Below are positions 48,510 to 63,511 of a stretch of 64,000 bases of DNA, piece by piece. The translations under genes were made by a program, and so were the position numbers. The stretch lies in NCBI RefSeq assembly GCF_009914755.1, contig NC_060925.1; one strand, 5' to 3'. Source of the stretch: the human T2T-CHM13v2.0 reference genome, Homo sapiens. The notes under the pieces are model-generated. The model saw only the letters and a list, made by a program, of their open reading frames with translations, was not told the origin of the DNA and ran no database searches. Every line of letters begins with the position of its first letter. Positions within the stretch are counted from its first letter, which is position 1.

Positions 48510-48847
48510 GCACATGTGCTAGCCAAAGCAGTGGCCAGCAGCCACATGTGACTGTTGAACCCTTGAATATGGCTAATCCGTTTGGACTAATCCATGTTGG
48601 CTAATCCAAATGGAGATGTGCTATAAGTGAATAGACTATGACAGATTTCAAAGACCTACTAGAAAAACAAGAACGTAAAGTAGCTCAAAAATACTTTTTT
48701 ATATTGATTACATATTGAAATTATAATAAATATTGAGTAAAATAACATATATTAGCATTAATTTCACTGCTTTCTTTCTTAATGTGGCTACCAGAAAACT
48801 TTAAAGTATATATGTGGCTTGCATTATCTTTCTATTGGACAGCACTG
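48510..48847. mobile_element. MER33-like hAT MITE
   Basis: AGCCACATGTGACTGTTGA...GTGGCTTGCATTATCTTTCTATTGGACAGCACTG. Confidence 0.8.
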
Positions 48848-49290
48848 TTCTGCACAACTTTCCATCTTGACTACGGGCTCAGAAAGAAAGCAATGAGTGC
48901 CCAGACTCTCAAACCCTCCTGTAAGGATCCAACTTAATTCTGATTAGGCTACTCTGCTCCATTCCTATTGGCTGTCTGAACTCATCTTCCTTTAAGCAAA
49001 AAAACAAGGAAAAGTGTCCTGTTCTACATCCCAGGGCTGTGCAAAGTGGTCATCTCTCTGCGAAAGTTCAGAGGATAGTGAATGGTTTGAAATTCAAGTT
49101 TCCAGTGAGAATATCCCAAATTAAAGATAATTCAGACATAGAATTATTAATTTCCTCTTATCCATGTCTAGATTTTTCTAATTTTTCCATTTCTGATTTT
49201 TAGGATGAGCTTTAAAAAGGATGTATTCAAACATAGGTTATATGGATACTCAGCTTAGGGAACACAGCTCTTCCATCGACTAAAGCCTAC

Positions 49291-49670
49291 TACTGTGGTT
49301 TGGCTCTGTGTCCCCATCCAAATCTCATGTCGAATTGTAATCCCCACATGTTAGGGGTGGGACCTGATGGGAGGTAACTGGAACATGGGGGCAGATTTCC
49401 CCCATGATGTTCTCATGAGAGTGAGTGAGTTCTTATGAGATCTGATGGTTTAGAAGTGTGGCACTTCCCCCCTTGTACCCTCTCTCCTGCTTCACCATGG
49501 TAAGACGTGTTTGCTTCCCCTTCACCTTCTGCTATAATTGTAAGTTTCCTGAGGCCTCCCAGCCACGCTTCTGAACAGCCTGTGGAACTGTGAGCGAATT
49601 AAACCTGTTTTCTTCATAAATTACCCAGTCTCAGGTAGTTCTTTATAGCAGTCTGAGAGTGAACTAATCT
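49291..49670 (+). mobile_element. THE1D/MSTA-type MaLR solo LTR
   Basis: TGGTTTGGCTCTGTGTCCCCATCCAAATCTCATG...ATAAATTACCCAGTCTCAGGTAGTTCTTTATAGCAG. Confidence 0.88.
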
Positions 49671-49969
49671 CCCTGCTTTCTATTTTCTTTTATTTCCCTT
49701 CAGATAGCACCCTTGTAATGATAAAGTTGCTGCCCATAGATAACCTGTATTTCCTTTTTTAACTTAAATGCTTTGGTTATTGGAGTGCTGCTAGGTAAAT
49801 ATAATCCTTTGCCTTTCAAAATTAGCTATTTTGGCCTTATTTATTGGCATCAGACATTGGAGATGATACCTATGTCCTAAGCAATATCTCTGGCTTCATG
49901 AAATTAGAAATGCTTTGATTCAGATGGATTCTCAATTGATAAATAGCTGTTTCATATCACGGACTGTGA

Positions 49970-50136
49970 AAATGATTCCCAAACTTATCTGCACATTAAA
50001 ATCACCTGGTGATCTTTTAAATCTTCCAAAGTTCAGAATATACCCCAGGCCAATCACATCATCATCTCTCAAGTGTCAGTAGTTGTTGAAGCTTCTCAGG
50101 TGATTCCAATGTGCAGCCAAGTTTGGCAGTCACTGG
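49970..50136. mobile_element. MER5A-like MITE
   Basis: GCACATTAAAATCACCTGG...AGGTGATTCCAATGTGCAGCCAAGTTTG. Confidence 0.7.
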
Positions 50137-51856
50137 CTTGTCAGAAAGCTAGATGAGAACCCAAACACCAAACACCTGCCAGAGTACAAGCCTATTTAAA
50201 TTATACTATGTTATCTTCCTAGAGGGTCATTGTTTCTTCTTCCTTCATAAACCTTTACCACTTTTTTGTTGTTTTCCTTGTTATAACAAAGTAAAGGGTC
50301 TTAACTGGGGAGACTATAGAGCAGATAATGTATGTGAATAAGAACATGATTTCTACCCACTGCTTGCTAAGAGATGGCTGTTGTGTTGCTGGGAAGGATT
50401 AATTTAGAAAAAATTTAAAATAGAATATAATATTAAAAAGTCAGTATTTATATAAACAAGTTTCCAATTTTATTCCTTTGCATTAGGCTTCAATATCACA
50501 TTGCTTACATCCATGGTACCTATGCATATCATGACTTTAGTAAAATTTCTTAAGATTGTGTTGGCCACACCTAACTTCGTCCCCACTGAAATGCTCTAAA
50601 ACCACATAGATCCCAGAGGAGGTAATACTGCTGAATTCAGAAATAAAAGCTGAGAAAAGACACTTCCTATAGATTTCCTCTTTAAAGGACTTCTGTGTTC
50701 AGAGTTTCAAGGACTGATTGTACAAACAGACTATGATTATCACACTAGGATATGTGTCAGAACCACTTGTCAAGGTGAACATACCTGCCCAGGTCATGGT
50801 GGAGTTCTTGATTCCAGTTTATTTTAGCTACCATAGATATTGTCTGAATTCTAGTCCGACTTCAAATGCAAAACAGAACCTGGATGACAATGAACAAGTA
50901 TCTGCAATATATACTTTAGGAGGAGGCATTAGGCCTATCAGCATGCTCTACAACAGCGCCTATTGATGCACCTGTGTCTTTTCAAAACATAGACCCCAGT
51001 TAGTTAAAGACATATGGGAAGTGACTAGTCCAGAAGCTGTATCCCTTAATTTCTGATGAAACACTAAGCTACACATCTCTGCTTTTCTGTCTATATCTGC
51101 TCTTATTTCACAATTTAAAATCTTTTAAGGAGCATGCATTAAATGCCAATTATGTACATATAATTATAAAAAATATACATCTATAATTTGATCTTCATAA
51201 TTACTCTATGAAGTAGGGTACTGCTTCATACTGTGAGGCACATACTACATATTATTAAGTATGTTTTATTCTGCCTATATTACAGATAAGCATTGTAGAG
51301 AAGAAGGGTCAAATAAATCGACCAAGATTTTGTGGCTAGCAAATAGTGTGACCACAATGTAAAGCCAAGTCTCTCTGATTATAGGGTCCATGTTCTTTTT
51401 GGTAGGCTATGTCTTCCAAAACTGGGGAGTGACTTAATGAGGAAGGATTGTGTGGCATAGGTGAGATACAATAACAGGGCAGTAAGGGATGCTTCTACGA
51501 AAAGACAGTCAAATTATTCTTTTCCTTTTCATTTTCGATTTTTATTTTGCAATTGTGTGCCATCACAAAGCTAATGCAATCAGGACTTATGTTCTGTATT
51601 TACACAGCTGATTACAAGTACTTTCATGGTTCATGATCTATCAAGTTTCTGAGAGTTAATGCAATTTCTCCTGGGGTGTAGGAACACCACATTGGGATAC
51701 TGGGGGGAATTCTCTGATGAATGAACATGCTGGGCTGTGAACAAGTGCACACACTCCACAGAACCTCACTGAACCTGCTTAGGTTGCCTATATATCAGGG
51801 GCTATATTGAGCTCTGTGGCCCTTTTGATTTGTGCTGAATTCTTATGGCTCAGTCC

Positions 51857-53075
51857 TTTACATTCATTCATTCATTATTTAAACATATTTTTTGGTTTCT
51901 CTATGTGCCAGGCATTTCTTTTATGTGCCATTCTCTTTGCTGGGGATGCAATAACGAGCAACATAGCAAAAATCCCTGCCTTCTTGGTGCTCACATTCTA
52001 GCAGAAAGACAGGAGACAATTAAAAAGACAGCTAAGTTAAATATAGACTATGCTGGACAGTGATAAATGCTGTAGAAGAAAATAGAGAAAAAGGTTAGTT
52101 GTATGTGTGGGGATGGTGGGCAATTTAGATGGTGTAGCTAGAAAGGACCTCAAAGAGGTGAAGGATCAAGCACTGCAGATGTCTGGGGAAGTGTGTTTTG
52201 TGCAGAGGGAATAGCAAGGGCCAAGGCCTTGAGGTGGAAGCTTGTGCTTAATGAGGTCAGATCTGTAAAACCTTGTATATGATTAGAAGGATGTTGCCTT
52301 CTACTCTGAATGAAATGATTGTAAGCTGAAGAATGACATGATTTGACTCAACTTTTACAGGGTTACTGTGGCTACTATATGCACAGTAGGCTGAAGGTGA
52401 GCAAATTCACATCAAGAAAGACTCTTGCAATAATCCAGGTAAGGGCTGACAGTGAACTGGGCCAAAAGGACAGCAACTGGAGGGGTAAGATGTGGTCAGA
52501 TTCCAGATGTTTCTGAAGAGCTAGCCAACAGGATTTGCCAGCAGATTGGAAGTAGACTGTGAGAGAGAGAGCATTGAAGATGAATCTGTGGTTCTGGACA
52601 TGAGCAATTGGAAGGTTGGAATTGCTATAAACTAAGATGGAGAATACAGCAAGTGCAGCCAAGTTCTGGGGAATATCAGGAGTACAGGATTGAAGAGGTG
52701 GAGTTTGGGAAGCTTTTTGGACAGTGAAGTAGAGCTGTGGAGAGCTAAGGAGAGTTTTCTGGGCTGGAGATCTACATTTGGGGTCATGATGATGGCATTG
52801 ACAGCCATTAGACTAGATAATTAAACCAAGGAAATGTGTGTAGACAGAAAAGAGAAGAAGTATAAAGACTGAACTAGGAACACTCCAATGCTCAGAAGTC
52901 AGTAGATAAGAAGAAACTGAGAGAAGTAACTGAGAAAGAGGTGCCAACAATTTGAAAAGAAAACAAGAAGAGGGGATGCTGTCCTCAGAATGACAGGAGG
53001 GTGCTGGAAGTCAAGTGATGCTGGAGGTTTTTGACAGGTCAAGTAAGAAGCCTGCTGAATATGGACTGTGCTCAT
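51857..53075 (-). mobile_element. L2 LINE fragment
   Basis: CATTCATTCATTCATT reverse tail; TGCAATAATCCAGGTAAG, GGGCTGGAGATCTACATTTGGG. Confidence 0.8.
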
Positions 53076-54011
53076 TATGTTAAGAGCACTGGAGTGAGTC
53101 AAGGGACCTGGATACAAACACTGACTTCACCACAGATTTGCATGTGGCCTTGGGAAAGTTAAGGAAACTCACCCTCCTCAGCTGGGAAAAATGACTATTG
53201 CAAAGGTGAAATAAGATAAAGTGAAAAGTACCTAGAAAAGTAAGAATGTAGCACAAAGCAGCTACTCAACAAATATCACTTGACTCTAAACTGAATCCTA
53301 AATATTCAGAGCCCAGTTATTTTCTTACTCCTCTGCTTGACTGATTTCCTGTGCCTTCTGACTGGGTCTGCAGAATCAGATTATCGTTATTTGACCAGTG
53401 TGACACAGATGGGTTGAACTTCTAAGCACTCCTTCTAGATTAAGCCTTGGGCTTACACTGTTCTATTATTCTGTCACAACTGATTGCCCTAGATTCCCAC
53501 GTCATTCATTTAACAGTATTTTTTGACTGCCTACTATGCATATGAGACCCTGTGCTAAAAACTGGCCGTGGCCCCTTGCACCTCTGACCTTACGAAGCTA
53601 TCCATGAATCCTCTATGATAAACTTACACTCCCATATCTGCTTTCCAGAGGCTTAAATGGACCCCCCCAATTACTACATATTAGTCATGAAATATTGGAA
53701 AAATTATTTAATTTCTTGACCTTTTTGTCTATAAAATATAAATAAAAAATTGCTATGCTGGAAGACAGGTATCATTATCCACATTGTAAAAATAAATTAC
53801 ACCAAATATGTGAGGTATCTAGGTCTTCGTCAGTTATACAGTAGTTACTGGGTGCATGTTAATTTCGCCCCTCCACCCGACTCCATGCTGCTGCCTCCCA
53901 AGATGTGGTGCTAAGCTTTTGCAATTATCCAAATGAGTCTTGGAGGGTGAAAAATATGCACTACAAATTCTCACACACTCTGTTAGGCTGGGATTTACAC
54001 TGTTGGATTAG

Positions 54012-54353
<342 letters not shown>

Positions 54354-54384
54354 ACTAAGTCTCTTAGTCACATGGATAGGCAGC

Positions 54385-54463
54385 CTACATGCACATGCAT
54401 AAACCAACACATGCATATATTCATACATGCATACATACATACATGCATAAATACACACAGACA
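54385..54463 (+). repeat. (CATA/CATG)n degenerate simple repeat
   Basis: Direct reading. Confidence 0.7.
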
Positions 54464-55798
54464 CCTGGTCCAGGTTGGCATAGTAACAAAAATTTTAGAA
54501 TAAAAATCAGCTAATAATTCCAACAGCTTTTCACTGGGATTTAAGTCAAAACTCCTGAGGAGGAAACAGAAGAGAAAATACTACTCCATCCCTAGGTTAG
54601 CCTGGAGTTTTCCTATCTATTTTCTTTCTTTGACTCATGATCTTGATTAAAAGGAATCTACAACTAAAACCCAGAACTTTACCCAGTCCTTGCCCACTGT
54701 GTATACATGTTCTGAAGATGATCTGAAGATCTCTCCAGAATGAAATGATGGTGTTTCTGGGAAGAAACTGAAGGAAATACTTTTACTAAGTTATTTTTGC
54801 AGTGATGAAAGGTCATATTCTTTTCAAGAAAAGACTCCAAGTTTTATTTCAGTGTATTTATATAAGGACATTCTAAGGAACTAAGAAGAGGTAGAAATTT
54901 TTAAATAGCAAGATGCTAATATTTTGAAAAATAAATCTTGATTTTTTTTCATTAATGATACTTGTGAATTCCTGGTTAGATTGACCACTCTTGATTGATT
55001 TGGCTTAGAAATGAACTTATGCAGACTTAATTATACCATGAGATCAGTGTATTCTTATTGATTGTGCCTTTGACATGATTAGCTATATTAGATTATGATG
55101 TCCTCATCTCCCAAAAATCAAAGCTAGGATGGGCTTTCTGTAAGGGCCATTAGTCATATGTGCATGGCACATACTGTATTTTTTTTTCATTATATAATAG
55201 GCAAGGGAGAATGCAAAAAGAGCATTAGCTTTATGCCATTCAAAAATCTATCTTAGAAATAAATCTGATGGAAACAGATTATCTCTCCTTCACATGCAAC
55301 AGATGCTCAGTTGGCATGAATTGCATTGAGGAGGGAGCATTCCTATCGAGTGCTGTATGGAGTGGACCTGGGGTCCCTTCACAGGTCATCCTAAGAGCCA
55401 CATCACTATCCATGGTCTAAGTGCCCTAGTCAGTCACTGAAAGATGAGGGCAAATGAGCTGTGGTGTTTCCGAGTCCAGGCTCCAGTGGATTAAATCCCT
55501 GTGCCCTGCAGGCAACTTGGGACTCCATCCATTTTAGGCAGTACAGCATTACTAATAACAAGAACAGCACGGAAAATATGAGACCCAGGCAGCAGTGGCA
55601 GGGAGAATGAGATGCAGAGCTGTGCATGCTGGGAAGTGCTGGCCTTAATTAGAATGTGCATGTACAGTATTTATCTTTCTCCCAAACCTATAAATAAGGC
55701 CAGCGCTATGGCGATTACTGATGTCTGCCGTCATTTCACAAGGCCTCTGTTTTGATGGAGCACCAGTTGCTGCAAAATAATATTTCTTTCCTTTCCAG

Positions 55799-55892
55799 TC
55801 TGCATCTGCTCCTGTATGGAAACCTCTCAAAGGCTTTCAGAGCTGTGACTGGACAGGAGAGAAGGGGTGGACATCATCTTCTGGGAATTCAA
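55799..55892 (+). other. Candidate 94-nt internal exon (possible lncRNA)
   Basis: Acceptor TTTCTTTCCTTTCCAG| and donor CAA|GTAAGA in non-repeat sequence; no transcript evidence. Confidence 0.3.
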
Positions 55893-58054
55893 GTAAGAAC
55901 TGCTCTTTGGGACCCTTAACTGCAATCAGAGAAAGATTGTAACATGTAGAAAGGAGCTTACAAGACAAAACAACAACAACAACAACACTCTTATCCAAAA
56001 AGAGACCTTCATTGCCATCATCCCTGAAGGCATTTTTCCAGCTCCTCCTTGAATACTTTCAGTGTTGAGCCATTCATTGTGTCCAGTGGTAGTCAACTCC
56101 AATTTTGGATGCACTAAAACCTTCTTCTGAATACTGAATAAGTCTGCCTCTCTACCATTTGCCTCTGTTAATCTAAATATACAAACTTCAAATGGAAACT
56201 TTCTCAATTGTCCCAAGTATTTATCTGATTCTTCTATGTGTCCCAATTTTTTACATAATACATAAAAATAATTATAAAAAGTGCTTACTATTATAATTTT
56301 TTATCAATTCATCTATATTTTCCTTTCTCACAACAGGAGTTTTGAGAAAGAGTCTGATGTGTACTTCAGGAGTCACCTAGAACAGTGTTGTTCATCTTTC
56401 ATAAAGGAGAATAAATATATCTGCCCTTGAAGGACTCTCATCTGAGAAGTGAAAATTCATAAAACTTAAATGGTCCATAGGAGGGTGATTTAAATTTTAT
56501 CACACGTGGGCATCCCCTGACCCCACTGAAAAGTTAAATGAAAACTACTATTGTTTGCTGCTTAGTTTCCCTCTGACCAAAACTAGAGAGTAAACTCCTT
56601 AAGAGTAAAAGTTGGTTTTATGGGTTTTTTGTTTAATATCAGTATTTCGCAGTACATGTACATAGTAGAACTTCAATAAGTAATTAATTATAATTAAATC
56701 TATTCATTTCATGGGGTAGGAAGGTATTCCTCTTAATTACCTCACTTCCAGAGGTTCATGTTTTCTCAAAATAAATACTTCTGCCCTCTAGCCTGTTCTC
56801 CACATGTGAGGTTAAGGAAAAATAAAAGGCAATGCATGAAATATACTCACCCATGAGGTCATCTTCAATGAATGTTTATTCATAAGGGAACCACCCTGTT
56901 CTAAGAACCAAACCATCTCTCCGCTTCCTGTGCCTGAGGAGACATCATCAACTCTTTCTTGGAAGATATTTCCTGTCCAGTGAGACTAGGACAATCTATG
57001 TGCTATCACCATTCCCCTTCCTTCAAAGAGAAAATAAATAAATACCTACCAACCCACAACACACTGCTAGCCCCAAGCTCATTCCTAGTGGATCTTTCAT
57101 TCCCTGTCCCCATGTTTCCCTCAGCTAATGGATGCCTTGGATGACAGACCATTGGCTTGCCATTAAACCTCAAAGGGTGGGAAGCCTGCTGGCTCAGGAA
57201 ATAGGAGAGTTTTCTTTTCCCCTTTCCTGCTGCCAAGGTAAAATGAACCCCTTTGCCCAGATAAATGGGACCATAGATATATCCTCATAGGCTAGAAGAG
57301 GAGAGTTACAAAATTTGTATGGGAAAAAGTACATATCTGACAATGAAAGACAAATACTTATGTAAATAATCTCTACAGGAGAGAGGAAGAATAGCATCTC
57401 CAAGTTTACACATAACATTAAATGCTTCTTCTGGTTCTCAAAATGCCAAACAAATGGGCATAAACCAGAAAACCTTGCAAAGCAGCTCTGGTGTGGCACA
57501 AAATATCTGGACTTGAAGTCAGGAGTTCTGGTTTTAATTATTCATTAGCTGTGTGCCCTTGAGCAAAAGTCTGAGGCAACTTGACTGAGACTTGTCTCCT
57601 CAGTTGCAAGATGTAGCATTTAATATGGATTCATGGCAAATGGGTAGCAGCAAGGGTGTTTCGTTACCTCCAGTACTGTTCAGGAGCTGAGGAAGCTGAG
57701 GTGTTGATGCTGAGGAAATAAACCCATACACAGGGGTGGTTTTGCAGGAGGATGAACAAGTCATCCCATCGTGGGTGCCATATAGTCCAATGGTAGTGCT
57801 TGAAATTGAACTTACTGTTGAGACAATGCAGAAGTTCTGGATGAATGTGAGGCTATGGCATGGCTGAGGAGGGTAAAGAATGAAAATCTTGCAAGGGTGA
57901 GTCTCACAGCAAGAGGTGGTTTTTATGTGGGAGTGAAGGAGTAGTGGCTTAGAGAAGGAAATGCTTCATTGAGAGGATGTTGAAAACCTCTAACCGAACA
58001 AATACTGAAGTGCAGGGAATGCAGTCTTTGCAGGACCGACTAAATACTATTGTC

Positions 58055-58285
58055 TATTGAAGTTTCCCAATGTGTTAGGCATTGTCGTGCTTCTTATGTA
58101 TACTCATTTAATCTTCATAATAATCACAAGGGAGTTGTTTCTCTCATTTTCAGATGTAGAAACTGAGGCTAAAAAATTTTTGGTAACTTGCCCAGACTTA
58201 CTTAGTTACATACTTAGTGAGTGACAGAGCTGGGATATAAACACAGAAGATCTGAACTCAGAGCCTGAGCTCTTAACACCCACAC
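58055..58285 (-). mobile_element. MIR
   Basis: CATTTTCAGATGTAGAAACTGAGGCT...AACTTGCCCAG...AGAGCTGGGAT. Confidence 0.75.
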
Positions 58286-59316
58286 TAGGCCTGCAGTGTT
58301 CTTGAGGGATTGCCAGGATCCACTCAAAGCCAGGGAGAGAGGAATTGGGCTGTGGAGGAATTGCAGCTCTACAGGAGTTTGTTTACTTTTAAATTTAGGT
58401 TCTGGGTGGTATTTGGATGAAAGCAGAGGTAGGGCAAATTGGGAATAAAAAAATACAGAATTCATAATAAGAAGACTGAAGTGGAAAAGTGAATGACCAG
58501 TGGGTCTTGAATTTTTTGATAGTATCTCATGATGACAAGAATATGAAAGATAGTGAATTTAGCTGGCATCAAAGCTTGAATATTGCTTCAATATAAAGAT
58601 ACTCTTCTGTTGACTCTGGCTTGCATTTTAGTACTTGTTCCAAATAGAACTCCAGTGAGAATTGGCCAAGATGCTGCAAGAAGACACTTTCTAGGAGCCT
58701 TAGAAAGAGAAGACCTCAGGTCTTTGCAGCCAAGGACAAGTCAGAGCTTTTCTGATGGGTATGGTAGCATTGTACCAGAGTTAGGCCACCAGTGGCACTC
58801 AAAACTTGTTTCTTTCTATGCTATTGGACAGACAGAAAAACACAAAGAGGATAGAAATCCAGAGAGGTGGAAGGACCAGCCAAATAAACTGTGTACTTTG
58901 CAGTTTGTCTGTGATCTTGTAGCAGTGGTTGTTGCTACTCAAAAAAAAAAAAAAAAAATCAATTCTGTGGTTTGCACGATTATATCAAGTATAGTATGGA
59001 AGGCTGAAAACCTCAACTTTCTCTAAGCCAGTTGGATTTCTCTAAGCCAGAATACTCTATCCAGTGCTATCATTGTATTTAAATATCTTCAACTGGGAGA
59101 AATGGGGGAGAAAGGAAAATAGAAAAGAAAGAAATGAAATGTGTAATGCATACATTCTACCCTCTGTCCCCTTATCACACACAATGGTCCTACTGAGTAT
59201 ATACACATATACACACACATATAGTATACGCAGATATACACAGATTCTTTCATTCTCTATATATCTTTAATTGAGAACAGAGCACTAGTTGGAGATGTTC
59301 GAATTTGTTGGAACTT

Positions 59317-59619
<303 letters not shown>

Positions 59620-60779
59620 TGTTGGAACTTTGGAAACTTCCAACATTTACTTTGGCATTGCTGTTTGACATAATGGGCAGTAAATTGTGGAGGAATTCTT
59701 ATGTATTTACTTATTTAGAATATTGATTGCTTGATTTCTTACTTATTTGTAATCCATTACAGGCTATCATAGTTAGAAATTTTAAAATGAAATTTATGAG
59801 TGAAACACCTATTATAAAGTACCAAAAGGACCCAGAATATTTGGTGGAGGTCCTCTAAAGCCAGTCACAAACTAGGCATTAAGGCCCTTCCCCAACCCTG
59901 CTATGAGAGATACATCCAATCTCCCTATCCTGGTGAGCAGGTTAAAAGGGTAAGGAGCTTGGCAAGAGAAATGGGTCTCAAAGAGAATAGCGTTCCACCT
60001 AAAGCCCACAATTAGCCATCAGGACCATCAGTGTTTGCAATGAGACTTGGGATCAAGATGCAAAGTCCAGTAGGGGCCAGAACTATGGAAGGTGTAAACA
60101 TCAAGTACCAAATCAGAGCAGGTAAATTGGGAAGGGTCTGGTGGAGTCCTAGAGATGGAAGGACTTGCCAGACACCAGGATCATTTAAAGGAGCCCAAAA
60201 CAGGATGTTCAGAAATAAATACTTTCCCAGAATGAATCACCAATATGGCCCAACTTGTTAAGTCCAAATGTTTTAATGAAACTGAACCATGTGGTAGGTC
60301 TAGAAGGACAAGAACATCCCTGAGTATATTAGCCCAGAGTATCACTTCAGTGAAAAAGCCCACTCTGTGTTAAGAATCATTAAGGAAGTTACAGAAGTAC
60401 AAGATAAAAAACGTTCTCTGTGATCCCGGGTAGGGATGATGGAGGAGAAAAAGAAATCAGAGTTCAGCTACAGAAGAGAAGGCTGAAAGAGTGAATAGAT
60501 CCAGACAAGCAGGGGGCAGTCCTCAGAAGTCAGTTAAAGTGGGACCAAGCAGGGAGATGTGGCTGGTGACCAGAACCTAACCTTTGTGCAACGTTATGGT
60601 TTACAAAGCATTTCCACATGCAGTGACTACCACCCATCAGGATGAGCCAGTACAACTTAAGGGCAAGGTAGAGTTGGAAGTGCAATGAGATAAAGACGCA
60701 GAAGGCTCAGTCCTTATCCGAGCCTTGCCACTGTGTTGTGTTAGACCTATTTCCTTCCTCCTTTTCTTTCTTGGTTTCT

Positions 60780-60976
60780 TCATTCCCTCAACCTCAGCAC
60801 TATTGCCAATCTGAGGTAGATAATTATTTGTTGCACATTGTAGGATTTTAGCAGTATTTCTGGCCTCAACCCACTAGATGCAAGTAGTACCCCACCCCAG
60901 CTGTGGTTTTGACCCCCAGGGCAATGTGTGGAGACATATTTCCCTAAGAAAATTGCCCCTGGTTGAGCACCATTGA
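60780..60976. mobile_element. MER20 DNA transposon fossil
   Basis: CTCAACCTCAGCACTATTG...CCCACTAGATGCAAGTAG...AAAATTGCCCCTGGTTGAGCACCATTG. Confidence 0.75.
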
Positions 60977-61104
60977 TCTAAATAAATAAACAAACAAACA
61001 AACAAGCAACAAATCTTCCCTCATTGTTTTTGATGATCTCTGCGCTCTCTTCCATCTTTTGGAAAAGCCCCTAGCAGGCCATGCTATTGTAATTGCATGG
61101 ACTC

Positions 61105-61345
61105 TGGTTAGGGTCAGAGAGGACTGAACTCAATCCTGGCTCTGTCACTTGCCAGATGCATAATCTTAGACAAGTCACCTACTCAATCTAAGTTGCAGTT
61201 TCCTTGTCTGTGAAATGGGGATAATAACAATACCATCGCAAAGGTTAGAAAATGATATGAGATAACTTATATAGTGCATATAGTGCATTCGGGGAGACAG
61301 GGACATGGTAAATGCTTAATCATTGTGAACTATCATTATTATCAC
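61105..61345 (+). mobile_element. MIR
   Basis: AATCCTGGCTCTGTCACTT...CAGTTTCCTTGTCTGTGAAATGGGGATAATAAC. Confidence 0.75.
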
Positions 61346-61589
61346 CATTGTATGAGAAGGTGGCTGTCCTTGACCATTCAGTATGTCACCTTCTCTCTCT
61401 TGTGGAAATAGGAAGATGAATAAGACAATTCTCTTCCCCTCAGGAGTCTGCAGTCCATTAGGGAAGAAAGGCCTGTCCATGAATCACTGTAATGCAGGAA
61501 ACCAAAATGATTGCCAGCAATAATGTATAAGTTGCTGCCACTGGGTTGAGAAGCAGAGAAACAGATGCCAGGATCACCTCAATATGCAC

Positions 61590-61700
61590 AACTGTGGTGC
61601 AGTGTCACCTGGAGCACTCTAGGAAGTTCTGGATGCCACATCTCAAGATCAAAGAGGTCTGGAGAAGGTCCAGGGAAGGGCACCTAAAACGATAGGAAAT
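61590..61700 (+). mobile_element. CR1/L3 fragment
   Basis: CACCTGGAGCAC...GTTCTGGATGCCACA...CTGGAGAAGGTCCAGGGAAGGGCACC. Confidence 0.5.
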
Positions 61701-61897
61701 GTTGGTGCTCTTGTGTCTTGGTCTGGGAAGGAGAAGGCAGAAAGAGCTCAGGATTGAAATCTGTGAAATCATGAAAAGTAGATATGCATTCATTTCCTCG
61801 CTTGTTTCATTAATTAAAATATGAAAATGTCTTGGTTCTGTTATATGGTTATAGAAATGAGCAAATACAACCACTGCACTCAAGAAATTCAGATTTA

Positions 61898-62369
<472 letters not shown>

Positions 62370-62719
62370 TTAGTACCTTAAAGGGTGAATAGAATTTCTA
62401 GAGAAAAGAGAAGCAGGCCATTCAAGGGCGAAGAGAATTCCAACAGCACAAATGCTATGATGATTGGAGAAGATGCCCCGGGAGCAGGTAATGCCACCTC
62501 TAGGATGAGTTCAGTCACATTTTCTGCATTCTATCCAAGGGCTTCTCCAATGAGCACCCTGCTCAGTCTATACAAAAATGGATACCAGAAGTTCAGAGAG
62601 CTTCCAGGGGTAACCATCAGCCAACAGAAAATACATGCCAGTGGCAACTGCTCAGGCCTCCTCCATCAGGCGGATATCTGCAGGAGGCATTCTGTGTGCT
62701 TCCTGGAGTGAAGGCAAAA

Positions 62720-62881
62720 TTGGGCCCACCTTGCCTACAGCAGCAACCTAAATAGTTCTTCCCTGCCTCCCTCTCTCTGCTGCCTCACTCCCATTTCCTT
62801 GGATATTAACCCACATATGAATAGCCTGATGCGAGGTTTTTATTTCAGGCTCTGCTCTTTGGAGAAACCCAAACTAAGACA
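62720..62881 (+). mobile_element. LTR33/ERVL-like LTR 3' fragment
   Basis: CAGGCTCTGCTCTTTGGAGAAACCCAAACTAAGACA end. Confidence 0.45.
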
Positions 62882-63172
62882 GGACTAGAGTGCAATGAAG
62901 GAGAAACAGTCATTTTTCACCAATACTTGAATTTCTAAATTTATAACAACAATACACTATGGTATACTTTGTGGTCAGAAAAACTTTCCAACATTGTTGA
63001 GCCACCAACAGTTTTGCAATCTTGGACAAATTACTTAACCATTCTGAGACTCAGTTTCTTCATCTACTTCCTGTCTCCCAGAATTGGGAAAAGATGAGAT
63101 ATGGTATCTAATGTACTTAGCATACATAAGGCAGTCAATACATGTTAATTACTATTAATATAATAATATATA

Positions 63173-63511
<339 letters not shown>

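Noticed and set aside
58785-58800. CTCF-like GGCCACCAGTGGCAC
   Set aside because: One core base missing relative to CCACCAGGTGGC
58583-59026. 147-aa ORF (also the 132-aa ORF at 31288-31686 and the Alu-derived ORFs)
   Set aside because: No recognisable domain; the 147-aa frame has a TTG start and runs through a poly(A) tract; lengths compatible with chance or repeat origin
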